Source: Candidatus Bathyarchaeota archaeon (GTDB lineage Archaea; Thermoproteota; Bathyarchaeia; Bathyarchaeales; Bathycorpusculaceae). Taken from it: 64,000 nt of DNA. The position numbers were made by a program, and so were the translations under genes. Shown here one piece after another: positions 10,316 through 20,957 of this stretch (positions within the stretch are counted from its first letter, which is position 1; the number at the start of each line of letters is the position of its first letter). The stretch is from assembly GCA_963770935.1 (NCBI GenBank), contig CAVYRJ010000004.1:101745-165744 (forward strand), in the 5' to 3' direction. Below the pieces are notes generated by a model. That model ran no database searches and was not told where the DNA came from. It saw nothing but the letters and a program-made list of their open reading frames with translations.

Positions 10316-10775
10316 ATGGCCCAAGAAACTAAAGTTAAGCAAGCACCAAAAGACGAAGAAACAGAAGAATTGGCTAATTTACCAGAAGAACTTGAAACTG
10401 AGGAAGGCGTCAAAGAGCAAGCGCCAGAAGAAGCCGTAGCAGGAAGCTAAGCCTAAGAAAAAGAAGAAAGACGAAGAAATCGTTGAAGAAAGATTCTACA
10501 CCATACCATTGTCAAAAGCCTTGGTTAGACCACCAAAAAAACGTGCTCCACGTGCTATGCAACTCATCAAAATTTTTGTCACCAAACACATGAAGCTTAC
10601 AATGAAGGTTTCTGAAGAAGAGGAAGAAGAAGAGTTGCCTCAACTAGTCATCAGCAAAGAAGTTAACGAGAAAGTTTGGGACAGAGGAATCGAGAAACCT
10701 CCACGCAAAATCAAGACTCGTGTAACCAAGGATAAAGACGGCAACGTAACTGTCTACTTAGCAGAAACACAATAA
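10316..10775 (+). CDS. rpl31e: 50S ribosomal protein L31e with acidic N-terminal extension; apparent frameshift near 10441
   Basis: ERFYTIPLSKA...KRAPRA...VWDRGIEKPPRKI; upstream ATG 10316 is in a different frame. Confidence 0.85.
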
Positions 10776-10951
10776 CTGTTTCTTTATTTTGTTTTTATTT
10801 CATTTAACACTAACTGAGAATACCCTTTCTTATTCGCAAGTGTTGCAGAATTGAGCAATATTTTTTAAAACTTAAGGAGATACCGCAATCTAAAAAAAGG
10901 AGTATCGCATGAAACTTTCCGCTAAAGAACATTCACAGGAGAAATTAATTC

Positions 10952-11635
10952 TTGACCGTTTACTTATCAAGCATCGTTGGAAGCGCAAGCATAGGCGTTT
11001 ACTCACTTGCAACTGAGAACATAGTTATGGTTCCGCGGATGGTGCCGCTACAGAAAGCGCAAGAATTCGCGGACTGGCTAAAAGTGAAGCTTGCCTACAC
11101 ATCCATCAGCGGCTCAGTGTTGGTTGGTGCATTGGTATGCGCAAACTCCAACGGCATGATGGTTTCAAACGCCATTAGAGAAGAAGAATTAACGGCGATA
11201 AAAACGGTTTTCGAAGGAAACATCACCGTAATGGAAACCAAAAAAACCGCTTACGGCAACCTGGTTTTAGCCAGCGATAAAGGTGCAGTGGTTGACCCAA
11301 GATTCAAAGAAACTGAAATCAAAAAAATCTCCCAAGCTTTAGGCGTGGAAGCGGTGCCAACAGAAATCGCGGGTTTACCATACGTCGGCTCTTTAGCTGT
11401 AGCAACAAACAAAGGCGTCTTAGCACACCCAATGCTTAAGGATGAGGAACGAAAAATCTTGGAAAACGTCTTCAAAGTTCCCGTTGACGTGGGCACAATA
11501 AACTGTGGAGTTCCATATGTTGGCACAGGTTTACTTGCGAATAGTCATGCTGCTGTTGCTGGTTCTATGACAACTGGACCCGAGATGTTTATAATTGGGA
11601 ATGCACTGGATGTTGTGCAGGAAGAAGAAAAATGA
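10952..11635 (+). CDS. eif6: Translation initiation factor 6
   Basis: SIGVY, NSNG, GTINCGVPYVGTG, TTGPE motifs. Confidence 0.93.
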   Translation: MTVYLSSIVGSASIGVYSLATENIVMVPRMVPLQKAQEFADWLKVKLAYTSISGSVLVGALVCANSNGMMVSNAIREEELTAIKTVFEGNITVMETKKTAYGNLVLASDKGAVVDPRFKETEIKKISQALGVEAVPTEIAGLPYVGSLAVATNKGVLAHPMLKDEERKILENVFKVPVDVGTINCGVPYVGTGLLANSHAAVAGSMTTGPEMFIIGNALDVVQEEEK

Positions 11636-11859
11636 AAGCTTTCAAAGTAACTGGCCAAATAAACAAGCCAAGACTATCAACTCCATTCGTTAGAGAACTC
11701 GTAGCTGACAAAAGCGAACATGCTGTTGAGAAGGTTTACGCTGAAATAGGCAGCAGACACCGCGTAAAACGCTACCACATCAAAATCATAAGTTCAGAAG
11801 AAATTTCTGTTGACCAAATTGAGAACCCCATCTTAAAGAAAATTGTAAGTGGGGAATAA
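11632..11859 (+). CDS. rpl18a: 50S ribosomal protein L18a/LX
   Basis: AVEKVYAEIGSRHRVKR motif; operon position. Confidence 0.9.
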   Translation: MKAFKVTGQINKPRLSTPFVRELVADKSEHAVEKVYAEIGSRHRVKRYHIKIISSEEISVDQIENPILKKIVSGE

Positions 11860-11862
11860 TTC

Positions 11863-12300
11863 TTGGCACAAAGAGCTCAAGCTGAAGAGGAACTTCGCAG
11901 ACTCAGCATGGAAATGCGTTATCTAGAACAAACTGCAGAAGCTCTGCAACAGCGCATAAGCATGGTGAATGCAGCATTAACCGACATAAACTATGCTAAC
12001 ATGACACTTGATGGCATTGAGAAAGAAAAAGAAAACTCTGAAATGCTTGTTCCAATCGGCGGAAGCTCTTACGTTAAAGTGAAACTTGCAGACCCAAACA
12101 AAGTAATCATAGGCTTGGGTTCAGGTGTATCAGTCGAGAAAACCCTTCCAGAAGCAAAAGCCACCCTCAAAGAACGCCTAGATGAGCTGGAGAAAACTAT
12201 GCATTCAGCCCAACAGCAATTCAGTCAAGTGGCTGAACGGATAAACTCTGGCAGAAGCAGACTCGAAAATCTGCTTTCGACAAGAGAAGGGAAACAGTAG
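11863..12300 (+). CDS. pfdA: Prefoldin alpha subunit
   Basis: Coiled coils flanking LVPIGGSSYV...IIGLGSGVSVEK. Confidence 0.93.
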   Translation: MAQRAQAEEELRRLSMEMRYLEQTAEALQQRISMVNAALTDINYANMTLDGIEKEKENSEMLVPIGGSSYVKVKLADPNKVIIGLGSGVSVEKTLPEAKATLKERLDELEKTMHSAQQQFSQVAERINSGRSRLENLLSTREGKQ

Positions 12301-12304
12301 CTCG

Positions 12305-13210
12305 ATGTTTGAGAAGCTTAAATCAGGTTTTAAAGGCTTAGTAAACAAAGTAACAACAACTGAACTTAAAGCAGAAAACCTATCTCCTATTTTATCAGAT
12401 TTTAAAATGAGTCTTGCCGAAAACGATGTGGCTTTTCCAGTTGCAGACAAAATCTGCGATGAACTCGAATTGCGTTTAGCGGGTGTTCAGGTTAAACGCT
12501 TAGAAGACCGAAAAAAAATTGTTGAAGACAACCTACGGCATGTCCTCTTAGATGTCATGTTAACTAAACAAAGAATTGACCTGCTTAAAATGGCAGATGA
12601 GAAACGCAAAAAGAAGGAACCCTTTTCTTTGATGTTTGTAGGCATCAACGGCACAGGAAAAACCACAACAATCGCGAAGGTTGCGCAGTTTCTGAGGGAC
12701 AAAAGCTTCTCAGTGTTGCTTGCTGCCGCTGACACTTACCGTGCTGGCTCGATTGAGCAGTTGGAGGAGCATGGTAAGCGTTTGGGTATGCGTGTGATTA
12801 AGAGTATTTATGGCGGTGACCCAGCAGCTGTCGCTTATGACGCTGTTAGTCACGCAAAAGCCCATGGAATCAACATTGTTTTGATTGATACTGCTGGTAG
12901 AATGCAGACTAACCAGAACCTGATGAATGAGCTGGTTAAAGTGAAGCGTGTTGTGCGTCCTGACTTAACAGTTTTCGTGGTGGATTCGCTAATTGGAAAC
13001 GATGCAGTTATGCAGGCGGAAGAGTTCAACAAGGCAATTGGCATTGACGCAACGATCCTAACCAAAGTGGATGCTGACGTGAAAGGCGGTTCAGCACTAA
13101 GCGTAACATACGTGACGCAAAAACCGATTTTGTTTATTGGTGTGGGGCAAACCTACAAGGATTTGGAACTGTTTAACCCAGAAAAATTCGTCAATATGGT
13201 CCTAAGATAA
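12305..13210 (+). CDS. ftsY: SRP receptor FtsY
   Basis: GINGTGKTTT, DTYRAGS, DTAGR, TKVDAD, IGVGQ motifs. Confidence 0.96.
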   Translation: MFEKLKSGFKGLVNKVTTTELKAENLSPILSDFKMSLAENDVAFPVADKICDELELRLAGVQVKRLEDRKKIVEDNLRHVLLDVMLTKQRIDLLKMADEKRKKKEPFSLMFVGINGTGKTTTIAKVAQFLRDKSFSVLLAAADTYRAGSIEQLEEHGKRLGMRVIKSIYGGDPAAVAYDAVSHAKAHGINIVLIDTAGRMQTNQNLMNELVKVKRVVRPDLTVFVVDSLIGNDAVMQAEEFNKAIGIDATILTKVDADVKGGSALSVTYVTQKPILFIGVGQTYKDLELFNPEKFVNMVLR

Positions 13211-13213
13211 ACG

Positions 13214-13572
13214 TTAAGGTTCTTCTATTTCAGCTAGTTCGAAGCTTATTTTACTCGGGTAAATCCGGTATGCCTTGATGAAATCTTCGATGGCTTGGTC
13301 GATGTCCAATGTGCCAAAAAAATTGACGAATTCTTTATCGATTCCATCAAGGTTCTTTGACGTGTAAACTTTTAGTTGCGCCAAGAACTCTTTTTCAGGT
13401 TGCAGTTCTTCCATGGTAATGTTTTTGGGAAATCAATAGTGACGAACAGGTTAGTCAAGATGTCTAGTGCTGCTGCTTTGCGGACTTTTTCGTTTTTTGT
13501 TTTTATGACGATTAGTCTTTGTTCGATTTTCCGGTAATTCCAATTAATGTCTTGATTTAATGATGCTGACAA
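13214..13572 (-). CDS. Hypothetical protein split by an apparent frameshift near 13410
   Basis: Two overlapping 66-aa ORFs on the same strand that read as one gene. Confidence 0.45.
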
Positions 13573-13614
13573 AGTAAATCCCTAAAAAATAGAGTGTAAC
13601 CAGACTATTTTATG

Positions 13615-13920
13615 TTACTTTTTTAGTTCAACCACTAACAGGTCAAGCGTTGTTTGCCCAATGTTTTCGGCTTCATGCGACTGAGCTTTAAGAAACATTG
13701 TGTCACCAGCTACAAGGTCAAAAATATCGGTTTTGCTCTGCGAAGTCAACTTCATCTTGCCACCCTCAAGCACATAAACAACATGATCAGGATGACTATG
13801 CATCACGGCTTTGTCGCCAGGATGGAAAGTTACAGTAAGTACACGTACACGTTCATTTTCCATCTTGAACTTGTAAACGTTGCTTGCTACATCTAACGGA
13901 TTAAGCAGATTTTCACTCAT
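13615..13920 (-). CDS. Cupin-domain protein
   Basis: HSHPDHVVYVLEGG...SHEAEN cupin metal motifs. Confidence 0.85.
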   Translation of the reverse strand: MSENLLNPLDVASNVYKFKMENERVRVLTVTFHPGDKAVMHSHPDHVVYVLEGGKMKLTSQSKTDIFDLVAGDTMFLKAQSHEAENIGQTTLDLLVVELKK

Positions 13921-14018
13921 TAGAACAATTCACCAATTGACTGTGAGATTTAAAACAATTAAGCCTGTGTGGTTACACCTTAACAGTCACAAGTAATCTG
14001 GTGCCCGGACTGATGTTT

Positions 14019-14231
14019 TTAGGTAGTTTCCTTGTTCCGTTTTGAAGGGTCACGCAGGTTTTGGATTGGCGAGTCATCGGTGTAGCCTTGTGCGGCTTGG
14101 GTTTTCTGTTTGTACTTCTGCTCCGCCATTTTCGCTTTGCCTTCTTTGCTGCTTAACTCAACGCTGTTCTCAAGCTTCCATATTGTTTTGCCAATTCGGC
14201 GTTGACCTTTAGTGACTGTGCATCTTCCCAT
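14019..14231 (-). CDS. Small basic hypothetical protein
   Basis: 70-aa ORF with ATG and an AT-rich upstream region. Confidence 0.45.
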   Translation of the reverse strand: MGRCTVTKGQRRIGKTIWKLENSVELSSKEGKAKMAEQKYKQKTQAAQGYTDDSPIQNLRDPSKRNKETT

Positions 14232-14304
14232 TTTTGCTCACTGATACTTAAACGTTAAAGTTAAAAAACCCTTCCAACTTACTAGTAATTGGTCGTGTTA
14301 TTTT

Positions 14305-14721
14305 TTGAAAAAACTTGAATTAACCACAATAACCCAAAAAGTTATCATCCCAAAAGTCTCCCCAAAACAAGTCTACGAAGCCTACGTGGACCCAAAAAAA
14401 CACAGCGAATTCACAGAAAGCAAAGCTACAGGCAAACCAGTAGTTGGAGGCAAATTCACCGCTTGGGATAAATACATCTCAGGCAAATTCGTAGAACTTG
14501 AAGAAGGGAAACGAGTAGTTCAAGAATGGACATCGACGGATTTTCCTGAAGGTTACCCTCCATCTAAGCTGGAGTTGACTTTTCGTGAAGTGCCTAAAGG
14601 AACAGAAATCACCATGGTGCACTCCAACGTTCCAAAGGAGATTGCGGATGACGCAGCTGATGGTTGGACGGAGTTCTACTGGGAGCCAATGAAGAAATAT
14701 TTCAAAAAAGAGAAGAATTAG
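14305..14721 (+). CDS. SRPBCC/AHSA1 (START-like) domain protein
   Basis: SPKQVYEAY...VVQEW...GWTEFYW. Confidence 0.85.
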   Translation: MKKLELTTITQKVIIPKVSPKQVYEAYVDPKKHSEFTESKATGKPVVGGKFTAWDKYISGKFVELEEGKRVVQEWTSTDFPEGYPPSKLELTFREVPKGTEITMVHSNVPKEIADDAADGWTEFYWEPMKKYFKKEKN

Positions 14722-14732
14722 TGCAAAACCAA

Positions 14733-16227
14733 TTATTTTGAGGTGCTGGTTTTGAATTTTCTGTTATCTTTTTTGCAGAGCTCTCTGACAAGATTGCGAC
14801 CCATCAGGCACACAGTGTTTAATCCGATTGTGCCTCCAGCCCACTGTCCCACCATGTAGAAATTCTTCAGACCAGGAAGCGTTTTGCTGACCCCGTTTTT
14901 GCGAACTATTGCATCGTACTCTTTTGGGGCACCCCACGCTTGGTAACCATGGTAAGAACCCGTCCAATGCTCAACCGAAATAGGTGTAACAACGTCGATG
15001 GCTTCGATCTTATTTTTGAACGTGGGAAAACGTTTCTCCAGCTTTTCAGCTAGTAAATCTGCCACTTTTTGTTTTTCTAAACTATACTTTTCGGGGTTAG
15101 TTGACAGTTCTTTCCAGTAGTCATAGTTGGAATCAAAAACAACTTTAACCACAGTTTTGCCTTCAGGCGCAAGTGTAGGGTCAAAACCAAAAACTTCCAC
15201 ATCAAGTCTATCTCTTTCTCTGTTTTCCACTGTAAATGGCTTATCTTGGAAGAGAACGAGGGCATGTGGTTCCTTGGAGAGGTCAAGTGTCTACTCCATA
15301 CCAAACTTCTAACCCGAAAGCCTGAGTTTTAGGAACGGCGTTGTAGTAGGATTGAATAAGGTCATTAACGTATTTTCCGTCCAGCATACTAAATATGGTC
15401 GAGCGACCGTCGGCTGCTGAAACAATCACTTCAGCAGAATGCTGGGAACCATCCTCTAATTGAACGCCCACAGCTTTTCCTTTTTCAACAAGGATTTTAA
15501 CGACTTTAGAGCGGTATGCTATTTCGCCGCCGAGTTCAAGATATCTTTTCTCCATGTTCTTTGAAATAGCCATTGACCCGCCAATTGGCCATCCGCCATC
15601 ACCGTTGTTTAAGGTAGCTAAGAAAATCAAAGAAAGTACCACTGGAACCTCTGGAATATCATATTGTATTGTTGCAAATGCTTTGCGTAGAAAGGGGTCA
15701 CTGAATTTTTCAGCGTAATCTTTTAGGGTTATCTTGCTGTATTTCATTAGGGCTCCAAGTAGCGGGATCATCTTTAGTTTGGTGCCTATTCCTCCTGAAA
15801 GCGCTGAGAAAAGGTCGTAGCCGCTGAATCGATGGGCCTGCTTGATGTATTCTCCTATCAATTTTTTATCTTGTGGAGCAAGTTCCTCCATGTGTTTTTT
15901 GAGTTCGTTAAGGTTGGTGTGAACTGTAAAGACTTTGCCGCTTGGGTCTTCGACTTGAACAAATTCCTTAAAACTGTAGGTCTTCAATCCCCTAAGTGCA
16001 CCGAGTTCTTGCCACATATTATTGTTCACAGAATTTGGAGTAACGCCAAAAACGTTGTGAACTGCATAGTCGAAAGTGTAGCCTTTGCGTTTCCATGAGA
16101 CGCATACTCCGCCAGGTTTTTCTTGCATTTCAAAAATCTTGGTTTTGTAACCGTTCATTTGAGCGTAGGTGCCTGTGGCTAAACCTGCAAGACCTGCTCC
16201 TATTATTATCATGGATTTGGAAGACAT
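14733..16227 (-). CDS. Phytoene dehydrogenase-like FAD oxidoreductase; apparent frameshift near 15285
   Basis: IIIGAGLAGL...PGG N-terminus and LKNFYMVGQW C-terminus in adjacent frames. Confidence 0.8.
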
Positions 16228-16314
16228 TCTTTATCGTGCCAATGTGAAATGTGGTTTTTGACGTTAAATTCTTTTCGCAGAATCAAGTAAGGGGGGATTC
16301 TTTAGGTGAATAAA

Positions 16315-16542
16315 TTACTTTTTTCTGGGCGTTTCTTTGATGGTTCCTGTGATGGTTTGTACGGTTTCCTCGCATACTTCTGGTTTCCAAGTGCAAATGC
16401 CTTCAATTATTTCATCTAGATAATGCGCTAGCTCCTCACTCTTTACTTGTTTAGCGCAGTCCACCCTATAGACTATTTCATCTTTTTTTCGGCTTACTAT
16501 AATTGAAACCAGAACTTTTTCATCCATGGCACTCAGACTCAA
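16315..16542 (-). CDS. Hypothetical protein
   Basis: 75-aa ORF with globular composition. Confidence 0.45.
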   Translation of the reverse strand: MSLSAMDEKVLVSIIVSRKKDEIVYRVDCAKQVKSEELAHYLDEIIEGICTWKPEVCEETVQTITGTIKETPRKK

Positions 16543-17075
16543 TTCTATTATCTGTGCAATTTAAATTTGAAGCTTCTTACCCCAGTTTGCAGGAAAGCTA
16601 TAGCCTATTGAAGTATTCAAAAGGCGCATACCAGAAAATCGTAATTGGTTTTTTGCATTCGGGATTCTGGCATTTATGTTGTTTTTTGACGATGTTTTTG
16701 TGGTAAGCTCTTTGGCATTGGTTTTGCGAAAGAAAATGCTATGTGAAGTCGGTCTGGCGGCTTAATCTCGAGGATTTCATAGCAAAAGGGGCATTCAACA
16801 ATGGCCATAAAGATACCCTCCAATTATCATATAGGCTGTTTGCTCTAAAAAAAGTTGCCGTGCAATTTGAAAAACTAAAACTTTAATTAGATAACCTGCC
16901 AGAAACAAAAATCTGCAGGTGACAATAGTGAGCAAGGTCAATGCAAGCGCTCTTATTTTTCTATTTGAAGTCATTATTTGCAATCAAAAAGTGATTGTGA
17001 ATGGATTATTTCGCCTTTACCAACTGCAAAGTCGTTAATATATATTGCTTCCTCGGCACATGAATCCTTGTAGGG

Positions 17076-17429
17076 TCAAACGGTTGGACTTAATTTGACC
17101 ATTATTTCTTGATTGTCAACTTTTACCAAATATTTAGGTAAGTCCTCAATATCTGGGCGGTCAAGAGGTTCGACAGGAGGAGAAACAACTTTGCCTGTGG
17201 TTACGTCAAACCTTGCCTTATGATTTGGGCACGTAACTATATTGTTTTCTAAAACTCCTTCGGAAAGGTCACCTCCAAAATGAGTGCATTCACTGCCAAC
17301 AGCATAATATTTTCCATTGACGTTGACGATGAGAATTTCTTTTCCGTACATTGTAACTTTTTTCATTTTGCCCAATGCGATCTCTGACTTGTCAACTGCA
17401 CGAAAATACACTGATTCCATTAAAACCAA
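17076..17429 (-). CDS. Rieske [2Fe-2S] ferredoxin
   Basis: CTH...CPNH Rieske motifs. Confidence 0.92.
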   Translation of the reverse strand: MVLMESVYFRAVDKSEIALGKMKKVTMYGKEILIVNVNGKYYAVGSECTHFGGDLSEGVLENNIVTCPNHKARFDVTTGKVVSPPVEPLDRPDIEDLPKYLVKVDNQEIMVKLSPTV

Positions 17430-17704
17430 CCCTTCAACTATAGCTTAACTAAAATTTCATCAAATAAAAAGGTTCAAAGAGGACTAAGACAACTATCCAA
17501 ACCTAAGGACCGCGAACTTTTTTTCCTGACAAAAAAGGGTGGGAGTTTTTCAAGATAGACACAATTATCTCAAGTTATTGGTGTGATTTTACTACGATTA
17601 ACCGTTTTGTTCACATCAAAATGAATGTAGCATCGAAGAGAAGCTCAAAAAGTGCCTATTTTCAATTTAAAGTATTTACCTTACACCCCTAATACTACGG
17701 ATGT

Positions 17705-18052
17705 TTGGTAGTCAAATTGGAAAGAGCAAAACTAACAGCTAAAGCACTTAATGAGCTAACTGAAAGCTATGCGGAAGCCTGCATTGCGCTAAAATCCACT
17801 GCCAAAGAGATGGCTAAAACAAAGAAGCTGTGGCGTGAAGGCAATAAGTCGAATCTTATTAGGATCGGAATGGCCTGTATTATGTTCCCTGATCCTTCGC
17901 CAATAAGTGAGATAGTTGGTGCGGGTTTCCTGGTAGCGGGGGCGGTCCAGAAAGGAATCCAAAAACGAACGCTCTATGTAGGCGACATTAAAAAGAATCT
18001 TGAAAGCACTCTTAGAGAACTTGGCGCTACACAAGGGAACATACATCTGTAA
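17705..18052 (+). CDS. Hypothetical protein
   Basis: 115 aa, helical, with a central hydrophobic FPDPSPISEIVGAG segment. Confidence 0.55.
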   Translation: MVVKLERAKLTAKALNELTESYAEACIALKSTAKEMAKTKKLWREGNKSNLIRIGMACIMFPDPSPISEIVGAGFLVAGAVQKGIQKRTLYVGDIKKNLESTLRELGATQGNIHL

Positions 18053-18167
18053 AAGAACTAAACTAAAAAAATTTCCGGGTTACATTTCTGTTTTTAGTTC
18101 CGCAATTCCAGTTTGTTTTTGCCTATGACGATTCATTAACAAAAAAAAGAAAGAATATTTCTTGCAA

Positions 18168-18950
18168 TTACGATTTTTGTCTTTTTTTTAGCAGGATCAT
18201 TGCTACGGCTGTGACTGCAATCGCTACGGCTATTATGATTGCACCTGCCTGAGTTAGGGTAACTATGGTGTGGTTTGGGGTCTGTTTTGCTGATATACCA
18301 ACTAAAGCCCAGACTATGACTAACGCATAAGGGATGTCTTTTCTTAATGCCAAACTCAGAATTGTAATTAGCAATGCGACGGCAACTACGATTATTGCCC
18401 AGGTTGTTGGGTCTATGCCCGCGCCATCCCAGCCTACATTGACAAGGGTTGCTGAAATGTTAGCTATTGTGGCGATGGTTATCCATCCTAAATAGACGCT
18501 GAATGGCAAATGAACGGCGAGTTTTTCTTTAATTGATGTTTTTGTTTTTCCTATGTCTACGCGCTGGTAAATTGCAATTAGTGAAGCTAATAGAATTAGC
18601 ATTAAGCCAACTGAAAGGGGTAGTTGTTCGTATTGCCATGCAAAAAGCCATGCAATGTTAGCTATACAGCTTAAAATGAAAAAGAAGCTAATTTGTTTCT
18701 GGAAGGGGCGATCTTTATTTTTTGGTAGGGCTTGGTAGACTGTAAATATTCCCAGTAAAAGGTAGATGACTCCCCAGATAGAGAAGACATAGCCTGCTGG
18801 AGTGATCAGCGTTGGGTTTACATCTGAAACTTGAGCGGTAAGTTTACCGCCTATCATAGTGGTGCTGCCTGCTAAACTATTAATGATGACAGTCGCGATA
18901 AAGGCAACCAAGTTTAGGTATCTGAAATAGTTAGACTGAATGGGTTGCAT
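18168..18950 (-). CDS. TspO/MBR-like tryptophan-rich membrane protein
   Basis: ITPAGYVFSIWGVIY, PFSVYLGWITIATIAN; start set at ATG 18950. Confidence 0.82.
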   Translation of the reverse strand: MQPIQSNYFRYLNLVAFIATVIINSLAGSTTMIGGKLTAQVSDVNPTLITPAGYVFSIWGVIYLLLGIFTVYQALPKNKDRPFQKQISFFFILSCIANIAWLFAWQYEQLPLSVGLMLILLASLIAIYQRVDIGKTKTSIKEKLAVHLPFSVYLGWITIATIANISATLVNVGWDGAGIDPTTWAIIVVAVALLITILSLALRKDIPYALVIVWALVGISAKQTPNHTIVTLTQAGAIIIAVAIAVTAVAMILLKKRQKS

Positions 18951-19349
18951 AATTTTCTCCCTGTTCTTGTTGTCATTTGTGGTATTTAAAATATTCAACG
19001 ATGACTTCTGTATTTTTGTAATAATAAAGCAAGCTTGCGTCTTTAGCTCAAAGAGCATACTATAGGCTTATTTATTATGCCTGGTTTGTTTTGGTTTTCT
19101 AGTTTTCTCCTTTGGTTATCCTCCTCCTTGGAAGCAGACAAACTCGTTTACTTTTGAAAATGGGAGGTGTATGTTGTCATGGGATTAAGTGAGAGTTCAA
19201 GCTGCCATAGTTGATGTAAGTGCCCGATTGGGTGCCTTTGTAACTGCTGCCGCAACTGAAGCAGGGTATGAATACGTTTGCACAATGGACAATGTGACGC
19301 TTTTCAGAAAACGAAAGTAATTTCCAAAGTATATTGGTTTATGCCAATA

Positions 19350-19422
19350 AGCTGGGGATGGGAGTTGAACCCATATATAGCAGCTCTGCAGGCTACCGCC
19401 TGAACCGTTCGGCCACCCCAGC
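19350..19422 (-). tRNA. tRNA-Cys(GCA)
   Basis: GCTGGGG/CCCCAGC acceptor stem, GTAGC-CT-GCA-GA-GCTGC anticodon arm, ATGGG-TTCAACT-CCCAT T arm, U discriminator, no encoded CCA. Confidence 0.93.
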
Positions 19423-19501
19423 ACGGGATTCTAAGGTTGTGACTGACATAAATATATTGTTGGCTCAGCCTGTTTTTTGTGCCATCTGCCAAAACGCTTG
19501 C

Positions 19502-19864
19502 TTATTTTTTGAAGGCTAAACCCGAAAAAACAGCAACTTGCTTGCTTTGACTACAGACTGTGACATTGTATAATCCCATTGTTTTGCCGTCTGAAACCCG
19601 AGTTGCTTCCGCTGTCAATGTGTCGCCTTCCACTGAGGGCTTAAGAAAGTTTATGCTCACCTGAACTGCCACTGCAACATTGTCGCCGAAGTTGCATGCT
19701 TGTGCAAAAGCGTAGTCCGCTAAAGAAAAGATTGCGCCGCCATGTGTAAATCCCAAGGCATTTGTGTGGAGCTTTTCAATTTTCATTGTTACTTTGGCGT
19801 ACCCATCTTTTGCATCAAGTACCTTGATCCCTAAGGCTTCTGCAAAGTGATCTGTGCCTTTCAT
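19502..19864 (-). CDS. paaI: PaaI-family hotdog thioesterase
   Basis: N..GFTHGGAIFSLAD motif; cluster with paaK. Confidence 0.88.
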   Translation of the reverse strand: MKGTDHFAEALGIKVLDAKDGYAKVTMKIEKLHTNALGFTHGGAIFSLADYAFAQACNFGDNVAVAVQVSINFLKPSVEGDTLTAEATRVSDGKTMGLYNVTVCSQSKQVAVFSGLAFKK

Positions 19865-20925
19865 TTTATCTTTACCTTTTTGGGTTTTTCCTCGCTCATC
19901 AAGTAGTTATAGATTTTGCGGAACAGTGAAATCAAGCCTTTCGGAGCGAAAATCACGATAACTATGAGGATTAAGCCTATTATTAGGAGACTTAGGGGTG
20001 GTCCAACGTTGCTTACGCTGGGGAAGTATGACCCAAGTGCTCCATTTAAAGAATCAACTACGCTTGGTAAGGTCGAGATCTGCTGGATTGAAACGAAAAA
20101 TATTGATCCGATGATTGGTCCTGCGACTGTTCCTAAGCCTCCAATGACTGACATTATTAGAGGCAGAAATGAGTTTGCTGGTGAAAAAACTGAGTTGTCG
20201 ATGAGTCTGATAAAGTAGGCGTTTAAGCCTCCTGCTATTCCGGCGAAGAATGTGCTGATAACAAACGCTATCAACTTGTATTTTGCGGTGTTTATTCCAA
20301 TCATTTTTGCTTCGGCTTCATTTCCATGGATAGCTCTGAACGCCAACCCCATTCTGGATTTCATTATGAAAAACATAACCGATATCGATGTCAAGGCAAA
20401 GAGGACAACCAGAACGTAGAATGGGTAGCCTTTAGTTACAAGAGTTGTCGTTGCATAACCGTCTATTCCTTGAGTGATTGAGTTAAATTGGCTTGATAGT
20501 GTTGCGGCTATGACTGAAAAACCAAACGTTACCATGGCCAAGTACCATGCCTTCAATCTTGTGCAGGCTAAACCTATCAGTAGCCCAACTCCTGCTGAAA
20601 GTAATCCGCCTAGCAAAAGTGCTAATATTAAAATAGCGACGGATAAGCCGCCAACTGGCATCTGGGTCGTGCCCAGAAAGCTAACTGTTGCTTTTGATAT
20701 TGAGCCACCTATGATGGCCGCAGCGAAGCCGCCGATGCCTAAGAAGACAGCATGTCCCAAGGAACCTTGCCCCGAATTAGCTAAGAAATTCCAGCTTGCA
20801 GCGTAGATGGCAAAAATAGTGATCAAAGTCATAACTGTAAGGAAAAAATTATCTTGGACAAGTAACGGAACGAACGCTAGAATAACAAAGAAGACAATAA
20901 TGAATAAGAAACCCTTGGAATGCAA
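19861..20925 (-). CDS. livM: Branched-chain amino acid ABC permease LivM
   Basis: GQGSLGHA, YLAMVT, GLAFRAI...GIN, GGLGT motifs. Confidence 0.9.
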   Translation of the reverse strand: MHSKGFLFIIVFFVILAFVPLLVQDNFFLTVMTLITIFAIYAASWNFLANSGQGSLGHAVFLGIGGFAAAIIGGSISKATVSFLGTTQMPVGGLSVAILILALLLGGLLSAGVGLLIGLACTRLKAWYLAMVTFGFSVIAATLSSQFNSITQGIDGYATTTLVTKGYPFYVLVVLFALTSISVMFFIMKSRMGLAFRAIHGNEAEAKMIGINTAKYKLIAFVISTFFAGIAGGLNAYFIRLIDNSVFSPANSFLPLIMSVIGGLGTVAGPIIGSIFFVSIQQISTLPSVVDSLNGALGSYFPSVSNVGPPLSLLIIGLILIVIVIFAPKGLISLFRKIYNYLMSEEKPKKVKIK

Positions 20926-20957
20926 TAATGTGACTTAGCGATTGTTTTAGTTGCATT

